Part shown: piece by piece, positions 46,570-58,639 of the stretch
How the letters are laid out: the number at the start of each line of letters is the position of its first letter
Position numbering within the stretch: position 1 is the stretch's first letter
Assembly: GCF_003334305.1 (NCBI RefSeq)
Contig: NZ_QOWS01000006.1
DNA: 64,000 nt
DNA from: Escherichia coli
GTDB taxonomy: Bacteria; Pseudomonadota; Gammaproteobacteria; Enterobacterales; Enterobacteriaceae
Strand: one strand, 5' to 3'
Notes under the pieces: generated by a model
What the model was told of the DNA's origin: nothing
Seen by the model: only the letters and a program-made list of their open reading frames with translations
Databases searched by the model: none
Program-made: the position numbers and the translations under genes

Positions 46570-47944
46570 GCGGCATCCCCAGTACGCGGATTAACTCTTC
46601 AAAGGTGGTTAAGCCTTGCTCCACGGCCAGGCAGCCGTTTTCAAAAAGCGTACGCATACCCGCCTGTCGTGCGTGCGTTTCCAGCGATTCAACGTCGGTA
46701 TTAGCGGAAATAAGCTGACGAATGACCGGCGTTATGGGCAGAACTTCAAATAAGGCCGTACGACCATAAAAACCGTGGTAGCAATGTACACAACCGGGTG
46801 CCTGCCAGTGGGGCAGCGGCGATGGCCATACATTGTCTGGAATGTGGATGGGCTCCCCTTGCTGCCGGCGACAATGTGGGCAAAGTTTGCGTACCAGACG
46901 CTGGGCTATTACCAGCGTAAGCGCCGATGATAGCATCCAGCGGGCGACCCCCATTTGCTGTAAACGTACCAGCGTTTCGCAGGTGGAATTAGTGTGTAGG
47001 GTAGACAACACCAGGTGACCAGTTTGCGCCGCTTTAATAGCGATCTCTGCTGTTTCGCCATCGCGGATCTCTCCGATCATGATGACGTCAGGATCCTGGC
47101 GCAATAACGCACGCAACACGCCCTGAAAGGTGAGTCCGGCACGCGGATGGATTTGCGTCTGGTTTAGTCCGGCTATGGGGATCTCAACCGGATCTTCGAC
47201 GCTACAAATATTAATGTCAGCGGTATTCAGCGTTTGCAGGGCACTATAAAGCGTGACCGTTTTGCCGCTGCCTGTAGGGCCAGTTACCAGCACCAGTCCC
47301 TGTGGTTGTTGCAAGGCATGAGCAAAGTCCGCCAGTTGTAACGGCTGCATTCCAAGCGTGTTGACATCCAGTGCCTGGCTCACCTGCTGTAACAACCTTA
47401 ATACCACCTTTTCACCACCCCGACATGGTAAGGTCGCAATACGAAATGAGACGGCGTTTCCTGCCAGTTCGACAGTGAATTGCCCGTCCTGCGGCAGGCG
47501 ATGTTCCGCAATATCCAGGTTTCCCAGCACTTTTAATCTGGCGGTTAATGCGACTCCGGCATCCGGTGAAACATCCGGTAAAGGATGCAATACGCCGTCG
47601 ATACGCAAGCGGATGCGGTAGGCATTGTCCGCTGGTTCGATATGAATATCAGACGCGCGTTGTTCCAGCGCAGATTGTAACGTTCGAGTTAGCAACTCTG
47701 CTTTGGGCTGATGCTTCTCCTGAACAGCTACGGGCAATGTCTGTTGTGTGCGACTGGCGTGACCTTCCATTTGTTGGCGCGTCCAGCAGGTGATCTCAAT
47801 ACGTTTGGTGGTAGCGAAATGCAATGCGTCCAGTAGCTCATGCGAAGGTGCATCGACTACCGCAACATGAACCACCTCTTCGCTGGCATCCAGCAAGACT
47901 CCATGATAACGCAGACACAGGGCAGTGAGCTGTGGAATATTCAT
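46559..47944 (-). CDS. hofB: Type IV pilus assembly ATPase HofB (GspE/PilB family)
   Basis: 461 aa; Walker A LVTGPTGSGKT and C-terminal tetracysteine motif (CPHC...C..C). Confidence 0.93.
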   Translation of the reverse strand: MNIPQLTALCLRYHGVLLDASEEVVHVAVVDAPSHELLDALHFATTKRIEITCWTRQQMEGHASRTQQTLPVAVQEKHQPKAELLTRTLQSALEQRASDIHIEPADNAYRIRLRIDGVLHPLPDVSPDAGVALTARLKVLGNLDIAEHRLPQDGQFTVELAGNAVSFRIATLPCRGGEKVVLRLLQQVSQALDVNTLGMQPLQLADFAHALQQPQGLVLVTGPTGSGKTVTLYSALQTLNTADINICSVEDPVEIPIAGLNQTQIHPRAGLTFQGVLRALLRQDPDVIMIGEIRDGETAEIAIKAAQTGHLVLSTLHTNSTCETLVRLQQMGVARWMLSSALTLVIAQRLVRKLCPHCRRQQGEPIHIPDNVWPSPLPHWQAPGCVHCYHGFYGRTALFEVLPITPVIRQLISANTDVESLETHARQAGMRTLFENGCLAVEQGLTTFEELIRVLGMPHGE

Positions 47945-47953
47945 TGCCGCTCC

Positions 47954-48394
47954 TTAGTTGGCGTCATCAAAGCGGAAGACATCTTCGCAGGCTTGATGCA
48001 ATGCGCTGTCACTTTGAATATTGCAGTTGCGCGTCCAGCCGGTGACGCCGTTTGCGTTATCCCAACCCGGTGTCATGACGACGCTTAGCCCATTGAGACT
48101 TTCTTGCCCGGTCAGCGACACCACGCCCTTTGCCACACTCATGGCTGAAACATAGCGGGTGGTGGTAGGCGAGGGAATGCCATTGCTGCCACCGTCGCAG
48201 GTATCTAATCCACCATGTTCCAGCGCGCACAACTCTACGGCGGTACGGTAAGGCACAAAGGTTTGTAGCATGTCGGTGAGTGCGGCTTTGCGCAGGTAGT
48301 TTTGATAAGCGGGAATACCAATGGCGCTTAAAATGGCAATGATGCCAATAACCACCATCAGTTCGATAAGTGTAAAACCGCGTTGCTTGTCCAT
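47954..48394 (-). CDS. ppdD: Prepilin-like protein PpdD (type IV pilin)
   Basis: 146 aa; class III signal MDKQRGFTLIELMVVIGIIAILSAIGIPAYQNYLRKA (G/F cleavage site, conserved E+5). Confidence 0.93.
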   Translation of the reverse strand: MDKQRGFTLIELMVVIGIIAILSAIGIPAYQNYLRKAALTDMLQTFVPYRTAVELCALEHGGLDTCDGGSNGIPSPTTTRYVSAMSVAKGVVSLTGQESLNGLSVVMTPGWDNANGVTGWTRNCNIQSDSALHQACEDVFRFDDAN

Positions 48395-48596
48395 CTGTTT
48401 CGCTCCTTGATTTGGTTGGCGCTACTTTGGCAAACGCCATCAGCACAGGCGAGGGGCAAAAAACGAAACGGGAAAGCAGATTCCGAGGTTTTTTATTTCG
48501 TTGCAGCGAAAGACAAGAAATTTGCGAGGCGTTACGAAGAAAGTTGGGGAAGGGGAGATTATCCGCCCGCGATGGAGCGGATAAATCTGTCAACTA

Positions 48597-49550
<954 letters not shown>

Positions 49551-49577
49551 TTAGCACCACATATAAGGAGATCCTGC

Positions 49578-50129
49578 ATGTTGTTAGAACAGGGGTGGCT
49601 GGTTGGCGCGCGCCGCGTTCCCTCACCACATTACGATTGCCGCCCGGATGACGAAACACCCACCCTGCTGGTGGTGCACAATATTAGCCTGCCGCCAGGC
49701 GAGTTTGGCGGTCCGTGGATCGACGCATTATTCACTGGAACTATTGATCCGCAGGCACATCCTTTCTTTGCTGAGATCGCCCATTTGCGCGTCTCCGCTC
49801 ACTGTTTGATTCGCCGTGATGGTGAAATAGTCCAGTATGTTCCTTTCGATAAACGTGCATGGCATGCGGGAGTCTCTCAGTATCAGGGGCGCGAACGCTG
49901 CAATGATTTTTCTATTGGGATTGAGCTTGAAGGCACCGATACGCTGGCGTATACCGATGCGCAGTATCAACAGCTTGCGGCGGTTACGCGGGCACTGATT
50001 GATTGCTATCCGGATATCGCTAAAAACATGACGGGCCATTGTGATATTGCGCCGGATCGGAAAACCGATCCCGGTCCTGCATTTGATTGGGCACGGTTTC
50101 GTGTGCTGGTCAGCAAGGAGACAACATGA
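49578..50129 (+). CDS. ampD: 1,6-anhydro-N-acetylmuramyl-L-alanine amidase AmpD
   Basis: 183 aa; [52 protein letters not shown]... Confidence 0.95.
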   Translation: MLLEQGWLVGARRVPSPHYDCRPDDETPTLLVVHNISLPPGEFGGPWIDALFTGTIDPQAHPFFAEIAHLRVSAHCLIRRDGEIVQYVPFDKRAWHAGVSQYQGRERCNDFSIGIELEGTDTLAYTDAQYQQLAAVTRALIDCYPDIAKNMTGHCDIAPDRKTDPGPAFDWARFRVLVSKETT

Positions 50130-50980
50130 CGCTATTTACAACCTTACTGGTGTTAATTTTCGAGCGCCTGTTTAAGTTGGGCGAGCACTGGCAGCTTGAT
50201 CATCGTCTTGAAGCGTTCTTTCGGCGGGTGAAACATTTTTCTCTCGGGCGCACGTTAGGCATGACCATTATTGCGATGGGCGTGACTTTTTTACTGTTAC
50301 GCGCATTGCAGGGAGTATTGTTCAACGTTCCCACGCTACTGGTGTGGCTGCTGATTGGTTTGCTGTGTATTGGCGCAGGTAAAGTTCGTCTTCATTATCA
50401 TGCTTATCTGACAGCTGCTTCACGTAATGATAGCCATGCCCGTGCCACGATGGCTGGCGAACTCACCATGATTCACGGCGTCCCGGCAGGCTGCGACGAA
50501 CGTGAGTATTTGCGTGAGCTGCAAAATGCATTGCTGTGGATTAACTTTCGTTTTTATCTTGCACCGCTGTTCTGGCTGATTGTGGGGGGAACCTGGGGAC
50601 CCGTTACGCTGATGGGGTATGCGTTTTTGCGTGCATGGCAATACTGGCTGGCGCGATATCAGACGCCGCATCATCGTTTACAGTCCGGCATTGATGCCGT
50701 GCTTCATGTACTGGATTGGGTGCCGGTTCGTCTTGCGGGTGTGGTATATGCCTTGATCGGTCATGGTGAGAAAGCGTTACCGGCCTGGTTTGCTTCGCTG
50801 GGTGATTTCCATACTTCGCAGTATCAGGTGTTAACGCGTCTGGCGCAGTTCTCTCTGGCGCGTGAACCGCATGTCGATAAGGTGGAGACGCCGAGGGCAG
50901 CGGTTTCAATGGCGAAGAAAACCTCGTTCGTGGTCGTGGTGGTGATTGCACTACTGACGATTTACGGGGCGTTGGTGTAA
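50126..50980 (+). CDS. ampE: Membrane protein AmpE
   Basis: [53 protein letters not shown]..., 284 aa; ATG overlaps ampD stop (ATGA). Confidence 0.93.
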   Translation: MTLFTTLLVLIFERLFKLGEHWQLDHRLEAFFRRVKHFSLGRTLGMTIIAMGVTFLLLRALQGVLFNVPTLLVWLLIGLLCIGAGKVRLHYHAYLTAASRNDSHARATMAGELTMIHGVPAGCDEREYLRELQNALLWINFRFYLAPLFWLIVGGTWGPVTLMGYAFLRAWQYWLARYQTPHHRLQSGIDAVLHVLDWVPVRLAGVVYALIGHGEKALPAWFASLGDFHTSQYQVLTRLAQFSLAREPHVDKVETPRAAVSMAKKTSFVVVVVIALLTIYGALV

Positions 50981-50988
50981 AGATTATT

Positions 50989-51013
50989 GCCCTCACCCTG
51001 TACGGGTGAGGGC
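50989..51013. terminator. Bidirectional terminator hairpin between convergent ampE and aroP
   Basis: gccctcaccc-tgtac-gggtgagggc, a 10-bp perfect GC-rich stem. Confidence 0.7.
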
Positions 51014-51022
51014 GTAGAGAGA

Positions 51023-52396
51023 TTAATGCGCTTTTACGGCTTTGGCGGTTTTCTCTTTAAACAGATAGCCGATACCTAACACGATCAGCCATACCGGGAT
51101 CAGGTATACCGAAATCGCCATTCCTGGGGTCATCAGCATAATCACCAGTACCGCCGCCATAAACAGCAGGCAGATCCAGTTACCCAGCGGATAAAGCAGA
51201 GCAGGGAAGCGAGTTACCACGCCTTGTTCCTGCTTGGCGCGACGGAATTTCATATGCGCCAGGCTAATCATCGCCCAGTTGATTACCAGTGCAGATACCA
51301 CCAGCGCCATTAACAGTCCGAAAGCGGACTCTGGGGCAAGGTAGTTAATCAGTACGCACAACGCCGTTACCAGTGCAGACACCAGAATGGTATTTACTGG
51401 TACACCACGTTTATCGACAGACGCCAGCGCTTTTGGCGCATTACCCTGTTGTGCCAGACCAAACAGCATACGGCTGTTGCAATATACGCAGCTGTTGTAC
51501 ACGGAGAGCGCCGCAGTCAGTACCACGATGTTCAGCGCATTCGCCACAAAGGTATCGCCTAACTCGTGGAAGATCAGCACAAACGGACTGGTATCGGCGG
51601 TAACGCGGGTCCACGGCATCAGTGAGAGCAGAACGGCTAACGAACCAATATAGAAAATCAGGATGCGGTAGATAACCTGGTTAGTTGCTTTCGGTATACT
51701 TTGCTCCGGGTTATCAGCTTCTGCTGCGGTGATCCCCACCAGTTCCAGACCACCGAACGAGAACATGATAATCGCCATCATCATCACCAGCCCGGTGAAG
51801 CCGTGCGGCAGGAAACCACCCTGATCCCACAGGTTGCTAACGGTCGCCTGCGGGCCGCCGTTGCCACTGAATAGCAGCCAGCCGCCGAAGATGATCATCG
51901 CTACCACCGCGATAACTTTGATAATGGCAAACCAGAACTCCATCTCGCCAAACACTTTAACGTTGGTCAGGTTGATGGCGTTAATCACCACAAAGAATAC
52001 GGCGGCAGAAACCCAGGTGGGGATTTCCGGATACCAGAACTGAATGTATTTACCCACGGCAGTCAGCTCAGCCATGGCAACTAAAACGTACAGTACCCAG
52101 TAGTTCCAGCCAGAGGCGAAACCGGCAAAACTGCCCCAGTATTTATAAGCAAAGTGGCTAAAGGAGCCTGCGACAGGTTCTTCGACCACCATTTCACCCA
52201 GCTGACGCATGATCAGAAAGGCGATAAAACCAGCAATGGCGTAACCCAGGATAATCCCTGGCCCTGCGGACTGTATTACGGAGGCGCTACCCAGGAATAA
52301 CCCGGTCCCTATCGCGCCACCCAGCGCGATAAGCTGAATATGGCGGTTTTTAAGGCCGCGCTTTAGCTGCTCGCCGTGCTGTTGACCTTCCATCAT
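51023..52396 (-). CDS. aroP: Aromatic amino acid:H+ symporter AroP (APC family)
   Basis: 457 aa; MMEGQQHGEQLKRGLKNRHIQLIALGGAIGTGLFLGSASVIQSAGPGIILGYAIAGFIAFLIMRQLGEMVV... Confidence 0.96.
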   Translation of the reverse strand: MMEGQQHGEQLKRGLKNRHIQLIALGGAIGTGLFLGSASVIQSAGPGIILGYAIAGFIAFLIMRQLGEMVVEEPVAGSFSHFAYKYWGSFAGFASGWNYWVLYVLVAMAELTAVGKYIQFWYPEIPTWVSAAVFFVVINAINLTNVKVFGEMEFWFAIIKVIAVVAMIIFGGWLLFSGNGGPQATVSNLWDQGGFLPHGFTGLVMMMAIIMFSFGGLELVGITAAEADNPEQSIPKATNQVIYRILIFYIGSLAVLLSLMPWTRVTADTSPFVLIFHELGDTFVANALNIVVLTAALSVYNSCVYCNSRMLFGLAQQGNAPKALASVDKRGVPVNTILVSALVTALCVLINYLAPESAFGLLMALVVSALVINWAMISLAHMKFRRAKQEQGVVTRFPALLYPLGNWICLLFMAAVLVIMLMTPGMAISVYLIPVWLIVLGIGYLFKEKTAKAVKAH

Positions 52397-52466
52397 GAAA
52401 CCTCGTGCGGTGGTTGTTTTTTTGATCTACGCAGTGATGCGTGTGTAAGTTTGCAATTCCGTTTGT

Positions 52467-52484
52467 TGTATTAATTTGTTTACA
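52467..52484. promoter_or_regulatory. Candidate TyrR box upstream of aroP
   Basis: TGTATT-aatttg-TTTACA resembles the TyrR box TGTAAA-N6-TTTACA, ~70 bp upstream of the aroP start. Confidence 0.5.
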
Positions 52485-52888
52485 TCAAAGAAGTTTGAAT
52501 TGTTACAAAAAGACTTCCGTCAGATCAAGAATAATGGTATGAGGCAGCGAATGCACCCGCTTTATGCATGGTTGAAGATGAGTTGCTTAAAAAGAAACCG
52601 TTTGTAAAGCTCAGCCTCAACCCCTCTCAATATGTAGAATGAATTTAAATTCGTTTTAATTGAATTAAAAATCACAAAATTGGTAAGTGAATCGGTTCAA
52701 TTCGGATTTTTATAGTTTAATAATCGTTAAAAAACTCCTTTCCTACGTAAAGTCTACATTTGTGCATAGTTACAACTTTGAAACGTTATATATGTCAAGT
52801 TGTTAAAATGTGCACAGTTTCATGATTTCAATCAAAACCTGTATGGACATAAGGTGAATACTTTGTTACTTTAGCGTCACAGACATGA

Positions 52889-52905
52889 AATTGGTAAGAC
52901 CAATT
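52889..52905. promoter_or_regulatory. PdhR operator (autoregulatory site of the pdhR-aceEF-lpd operon)
   Basis: Palindrome AATTGGTAAGACCAATT, ~30 bp upstream of the pdhR start; matches the established PdhR box. Confidence 0.85.
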
Positions 52906-52936
52906 GACTTCGGCAAGTGGCTTAAGACAGGAACTC

Positions 52937-53701
52937 ATGGCCTACAGCAAAATCCGCCAACCAAAACTCTCCGATGTGATTGAGCAGCAACTGGAGTTTT
53001 TGATCCTCGAAGGCACTCTCCGCCCGGGCGAAAAACTCCCACCGGAACGCGAACTGGCAAAACAGTTTGACGTCTCCCGTCCCTCCTTGCGTGAGGCGAT
53101 TCAACGTCTCGAAGCGAAGGGCTTGTTGCTTCGTCGCCAGGGTGGCGGCACTTTTGTCCAGAGCAGCCTATGGCAAAGCTTCAGCGATCCGCTGGTGGAG
53201 CTGCTCTCCGACCATCCTGAGTCACAGTATGACTTGCTCGAAACACGACACGCCCTGGAAGGTATCGCCGCTTATTACGCCGCGCTGCGTAGTACCGATG
53301 AAGACAAGGAACGCATCCGTGAACTCCACCACGCCATAGAGCTGGCGCAGCAGTCTGGCGATCTGGACGCGGAATCAAACGCCGTACTCCAGTATCAGAT
53401 TGCCGTCACCGAAGCGGCCCACAATGTGGTTCTGCTTCATCTGCTAAGGTGTATGGAGCCGATGTTGGCCCAGAATGTCCGCCAGAACTTCGAATTGCTC
53501 TATTCGCGTCGCGAGATGCTGCCGCTGGTGAGTAGTCACCGCACCCGCATATTTGAAGCGATTATGGCCGGTAAGCCGGAAGAAGCGCGCGAAGCATCGC
53601 ATCGCCATCTGGCCTTTATCGAAGAAATTTTGCTCGACAGAAGTCGTGAAGAGAGCCGCCGTGAGCGTTCTCTGCGTCGTCTGGAGCAACGAAAGAATTA
53701 G
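52937..53701 (+). CDS. pdhR: Pyruvate dehydrogenase complex repressor PdhR (GntR/FadR family)
   Basis: [64 protein letters not shown]..., 254 aa; start internal to ORF-track 52904. Confidence 0.95.
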
Positions 53702-53861
53702 TGATTTTTCTGGTAAAAATTATCCAGAAGATGTTGTAAATCAAGCGCATATAAAAGCGCGGCAACTAAACGTAGAACCTGTCTTATTGAGCTTTCCGGC
53801 GAGAGTTCAATGGGACAGGTTCCAGAAAACTCAACGTTATTAGATAGATAAGGAATAACCC

Positions 53862-56525
53862 ATGTCAGAACGTTTCCCAAATGACGTGGATCCGATCGAA
53901 ACTCGCGACTGGCTCCAGGCGATCGAATCGGTCATCCGTGAAGAAGGTGTTGAGCGTGCTCAGTATCTGATCGACCAACTGCTTGCTGAAGCCCGCAAAG
54001 GCGGTGTAAACGTAGCCGCAGGCACAGGTATCAGCAACTACATCAACACCATCCCCGTTGAAGAACAACCGGAGTATCCGGGTAATCTGGAACTGGAACG
54101 CCGTATTCGTTCAGCTATCCGCTGGAACGCCATCATGACGGTGCTGCGTGCGTCGAAAAAAGACCTCGAACTGGGCGGCCATATGGCGTCCTTCCAGTCT
54201 TCCGCAACCATTTATGATGTGTGCTTTAACCACTTCTTCCGTGCACGCAACGAGCAGGATGGCGGCGACCTGGTTTACTTCCAGGGCCACATCTCCCCGG
54301 GCGTGTACGCTCGTGCTTTCCTGGAAGGTCGTCTGACTCAGGAGCAGCTGGATAACTTCCGTCAGGAAGTTCACGGCAATGGCCTCTCTTCCTATCCGCA
54401 CCCGAAACTGATGCCGGAATTCTGGCAGTTCCCGACCGTATCTATGGGTCTGGGGCCGATTGGTGCTATTTACCAGGCTAAATTCCTGAAATATCTGGAA
54501 CACCGTGGCCTGAAAGATACCTCTAAACAGACCGTTTACGCGTTCCTCGGCGACGGTGAAATGGACGAACCGGAATCCAAAGGTGCGATCACCATCGCTA
54601 CCCGTGAAAAACTGGATAACCTGGTCTTCGTTATCAACTGTAACCTGCAGCGTCTTGACGGCCCGGTCACCGGTAACGGCAAGATCATCAACGAACTGGA
54701 AGGCATCTTCGAAGGTGCTGGCTGGAACGTGATCAAAGTGATGTGGGGTAGCCGTTGGGATGAACTGCTGCGTAAAGATACCAGCGGTAAACTGATCCAG
54801 CTGATGAACGAAACCGTTGACGGCGACTACCAGACCTTCAAATCGAAAGATGGTGCGTACGTTCGTGAACACTTCTTCGGTAAATATCCTGAAACCGCAG
54901 CACTGGTTGCAGACTGGACTGACGAGCAGATCTGGGCACTGAACCGTGGTGGTCACGATCCGAAGAAAATCTACGCTGCATTCAAGAAAGCGCAGGAAAC
55001 CAAAGGCAAAGCGACAGTAATCCTTGCTCATACCATTAAAGGTTACGGCATGGGCGACGCGGCTGAAGGTAAAAACATCGCGCACCAGGTTAAGAAAATG
55101 AACATGGACGGCGTGCGTCACATCCGCGACCGTTTCAATGTGCCGGTGTCTGATGCAGATATCGAAAAACTGCCGTACATCACCTTCCCGGAAGGTTCTG
55201 AAGAGCATACCTATCTGCACGCACAGCGTCAGAAACTGCACGGTTATCTGCCAAGCCGTCAGCCGAACTTCACCGAGAAGCTTGAGCTGCCGAGCCTGCA
55301 AGACTTCGGCGCGCTGCTGGAAGAGCAGAGCAAAGAGATCTCTACCACTATCGCTTTCGTTCGTGCCCTGAACGTAATGCTGAAGAACAAGTCGATCAAA
55401 GATCGTCTGGTACCGATCATCGCCGACGAAGCGCGTACTTTCGGTATGGAAGGTCTGTTCCGTCAGATTGGTATTTACAGCCCGAACGGTCAGCAGTACA
55501 CCCCGCAGGACCGCGAGCAGGTTGCTTACTATAAAGAAGACGAGAAAGGTCAGATTCTGCAGGAAGGGATCAACGAGTTGGGCGCAGGTTGTTCCTGGCT
55601 GGCAGCGGCGACCTCTTACAGCACCAACAATCTGCCGATGATTCCGTTCTACATCTATTACTCGATGTTCGGCTTCCAGCGTATCGGCGATCTGTGCTGG
55701 GCGGCTGGCGACCAGCAAGCGCGTGGCTTCCTGATCGGCGGTACTTCCGGTCGTACCACCCTGAACGGTGAAGGTCTGCAGCACGAAGATGGTCACAGCC
55801 ACATTCAGTCGCTGACTATCCCGAACTGTATCTCTTACGACCCGGCTTACGCTTACGAAGTTGCTGTCATTATGCATGACGGTCTGGAGCGTATGTACGG
55901 TGAAAAACAAGAGAACGTTTACTACTACATCACTACGCTGAACGAAAACTACCACATGCCGGCAATGCCGGAAGGTGCTGAGGAAGGTATCCGTAAAGGT
56001 ATCTACAAACTCGAAACCATTGAAGGTAGCAAAGGTAAAGTTCAGCTGCTGGGCTCCGGTTCCATCCTGCGTCACGTCCGTGAAGCGGCAGAGATCCTGG
56101 CGAAAGATTACGGCGTAGGTTCTGACGTTTATAGCGTGACCTCCTTCACCGAACTGGCGCGAGATGGTCAGGATTGTGAACGCTGGAACATGCTGCACCC
56201 GCTGGAAACTCCGCGCGTTCCGTATATCGCTCAGGTGATGAACGACGCTCCGGCAGTGGCATCTACCGACTATATGAAACTGTTCGCTGAGCAGGTCCGT
56301 ACTTACGTACCGGCTGACGACTACCGCGTACTGGGTACTGATGGCTTCGGTCGTTCCGACAGCCGTGAGAACCTGCGTCACCACTTCGAAGTTGATGCTT
56401 CCTACGTGGTTGTAGCGGCGCTGGGCGAACTGGCTAAACGTGGCGAAATCGATAAGAAAGTGGTTGCTGACGCAATCGCCAAATTCAACATCGATGCAGA
56501 TAAAGTTAACCCGCGTCTGGCGTAA
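53862..56525 (+). CDS. aceE: Pyruvate dehydrogenase E1 component AceE
   Basis: 887 aa; [48 protein letters not shown]... Confidence 0.98.
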
Positions 56526-56539
56526 GAGGTAAAAGAATA

Positions 56540-58432
56540 ATGGCTATCGAAATCAAAGTACCGGACATCGGGGCTGATGAAGTTGAAATCACCGAGATCC
56601 TGGTCAAAGTGGGCGACAAAGTTGAAGCCGAACAGTCGCTGATCACCGTAGAAGGCGACAAAGCCTCTATGGAAGTTCCGTCTCCGCAGGCGGGTATCGT
56701 TAAAGAGATCAAAGTCTCTGTTGGCGATAAAACCCAGACCGGCGCACTGATTATGATTTTCGATTCCGCCGACGGTGCAGCAGACGCTGCACCTGCTCAG
56801 GCAGAAGAGAAGAAAGAAACAGCTCCGGCAGCAGCACCAGCGGCTGCAGCGGCAAAAGACGTTAACGTTCCGGATATCGGCAGCGACGAAGTTGAAGTGA
56901 CCGAAATCCTGGTGAAAGTTGGCGATAAAGTTGAAGCTGAACAGTCGCTGATCACCGTAGAAGGCGATAAAGCTTCTATGGAAGTTCCGGCTCCGTTTGC
57001 TGGCACCGTGAAAGAGATCAAAGTGAACGTGGGTGACAAAGTGTCTACCGGCTCGCTGATTATGGTCTTCGAAGTCGCGGGTGAAGCAGGCGCGGCAGCT
57101 CCGGCGGCTAAACAGGAAGCGGCTCCGGCAGCGGCCCCTGCACCAGCGGCTGGCGTGAAAGAAGTTAACGTTCCGGATATCGGCGGTGACGAAGTTGAAG
57201 TGACCGAAGTGATGGTGAAAGTGGGCGACAAAGTTGCCGCTGAACAGTCACTGATCACCGTAGAAGGCGACAAAGCTTCTATGGAAGTTCCGGCGCCGTT
57301 TGCAGGCGTCGTGAAGGAACTGAAAGTCAACGTTGGCGATAAAGTGAAAACTGGCTCGCTGATTATGATCTTCGAAGTTGAAGGCGCAGCGCCTGCGGCA
57401 GCTCCTGCGAAACAGGAAGCGGCAGCGCCGGCTCCGGCAGCAAAAGCTGAAGCTCCGGCAGCAGCACCGGCTGCGAAAGCGGAAGGCAAATCTGAATTTG
57501 CAGAAAACGACGCTTACGTTCACGCGACTCCGCTGATCCGCCGTCTGGCACGCGAGTTTGGCGTTAACCTGGCGAAAGTGAAGGGCACTGGCCGTAAAGG
57601 TCGTATCCTGCGCGAAGACGTTCAGGCTTACGTGAAAGAAGCTATCAAACGTGCAGAAGCAGCTCCGGCGGCGACTGGCGGCGGTATCCCAGGCATGCTG
57701 CCGTGGCCGAAGGTGGACTTCAGCAAGTTTGGTGAAATCGAAGAAGTGGAACTGGGCCGTATCCAGAAAATTTCTGGTGCGAACCTGAGCCGTAACTGGG
57801 TGATGATCCCGCATGTTACTCACTTCGACAAAACCGATATCACCGAGCTGGAAGCGTTCCGTAAACAGCAGAACGAAGAAGCGGCGAAACGTAAGCTGGA
57901 TGTGAAGATCACCCCGGTTGTCTTCATCATGAAAGCCGTTGCTGCAGCTCTTGAGCAGATGCCTCGCTTCAACAGTTCGTTGTCGGAAGACGGTCAGCGT
58001 CTGACCCTGAAGAAATACATCAACATCGGTGTGGCGGTGGATACCCCGAACGGTCTGGTTGTTCCGGTATTCAAAGACGTCAACAAGAAAGGCATCATCG
58101 AGCTGTCTCGCGAGCTGATGACTATTTCTAAGAAAGCGCGTGACGGTAAGCTGACTGCGGGCGAAATGCAGGGCGGTTGCTTCACCATCTCCAGCATCGG
58201 CGGCCTGGGTACTACCCACTTCGCGCCGATTGTGAACGCGCCGGAAGTGGCTATCCTCGGCGTTTCCAAGTCCGCGATGGAGCCGGTGTGGAATGGTAAA
58301 GAGTTCGTGCCGCGTCTGATGCTGCCGATTTCTCTCTCCTTCGACCACCGCGTGATCGACGGTGCTGATGGTGCCCGTTTCATTACCATCATTAACAACA
58401 CGCTGTCTGACATTCGCCGTCTGGTGATGTAA
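56540..58432 (+). CDS. aceF: Dihydrolipoamide acetyltransferase E2 AceF (three lipoyl domains)
   Basis: 630 aa; three repeats of ...[37 protein letters not shown]... separated by Ala/Pro-rich linkers, then a catalytic domain with DHRVIDG. Confidence 0.98.
   Translation: MAIEIKVPDIGADEVEITEILVKVGDKVEAEQSLITVEGDKASMEVPSPQAGIVKEIKVSVGDKTQTGALIMIFDSADGAADAAPAQAEEKKETAPAAAPAAAAAKDVNVPDIGSDEVEVTEILVKVGDKVEAEQSLITVEGDKASMEVPAPFAGTVKEIKVNVGDKVSTGSLIMVFEVAGEAGAAAPAAKQEAAPAAAPAPAAGVKEVNVPDIGGDEVEVTEVMVKVGDKVAAEQSLITVEGDKASMEVPAPFAGVVKELKVNVGDKVKTGSLIMIFEVEGAAPAAAPAKQEAAAPAPAAKAEAPAAAPAAKAEGKSEFAENDAYVHATPLIRRLAREFGVNLAKVKGTGRKGRILREDVQAYVKEAIKRAEAAPAATGGGIPGMLPWPKVDFSKFGEIEEVELGRIQKISGANLSRNWVMIPHVTHFDKTDITELEAFRKQQNEEAAKRKLDVKITPVVFIMKAVAAALEQMPRFNSSLSEDGQRLTLKKYINIGVAVDTPNGLVVPVFKDVNKKGIIELSRELMTISKKARDGKLTAGEMQGGCFTISSIGGLGTTHFAPIVNAPEVAILGVSKSAMEPVWNGKEFVPRLMLPISLSFDHRVIDGADGARFITIINNTLSDIRRLVM
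56546..57420 (+). repeat. Three tandem ~300-bp DNA repeats encoding the AceF lipoyl domains
   Basis: Near-identical segments beginning gaagttgaa(a/g)t(c/g)accga at 56579, 56888 and 57191 (periods 309 and 303 bp). Confidence 0.85.
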
Positions 58433-58435
58433 GTA

Positions 58436-58465
58436 AAAGAGCCGGCCCAACGGCCGGCTTTTTTC
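58436..58465 (+). terminator. Intrinsic terminator after aceF
   Basis: gccggcc-caac-ggccggc followed by a T6 run. Confidence 0.8.
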
Positions 58466-58639
58466 TGGTAATCTCATGAATGTATTGAGGTTATTAGCGA
58501 ATAGACAAATCGGTTGCCGTTTGTTGTTTAAAAATTGTTAACAATTTTGTAAAATACCGACGGATAGAACGACCCGGTGGATAATGGGCGTCATAAAAAA
58601 AACGTCAGACCCGCCGGAGATAAATATATAGAGGTCATG

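Noticed and set aside
48395-48596. Possible promoter-less gap or novel small gene between nadC and ppdD
   Set aside because: The track shows no ORF of 60 aa or more here with a plausible start; the region is better explained as the nadC terminator plus the ppdD promoter/operator.
54111-56384. 757-aa ORF antisense to aceE; similar long antisense ORFs at 36227-37408 (ftsZ), 57248-58477 (aceF), 59234-60091 (lpd), 62814-63926 (acnB), 39600-40349 (secA), 6686-7246 (sgrR)
   Set aside because: They lie entirely inside, and antisense to, highly conserved genes. Their translations are low-complexity (F/V/T/R/H/Q-rich) with no recognisable domains. Strong codon bias in the sense gene depletes stop codons on the opposite strand, giving shadow ORFs.
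56797-57489. 230-aa Ala/Gly/Ser-rich ORF on the minus strand within aceF
   Set aside because: Antisense to the Ala/Pro-rich linker and lipoyl-domain repeats of aceF; the repetitive low-complexity translation mirrors the sense-strand repeats.
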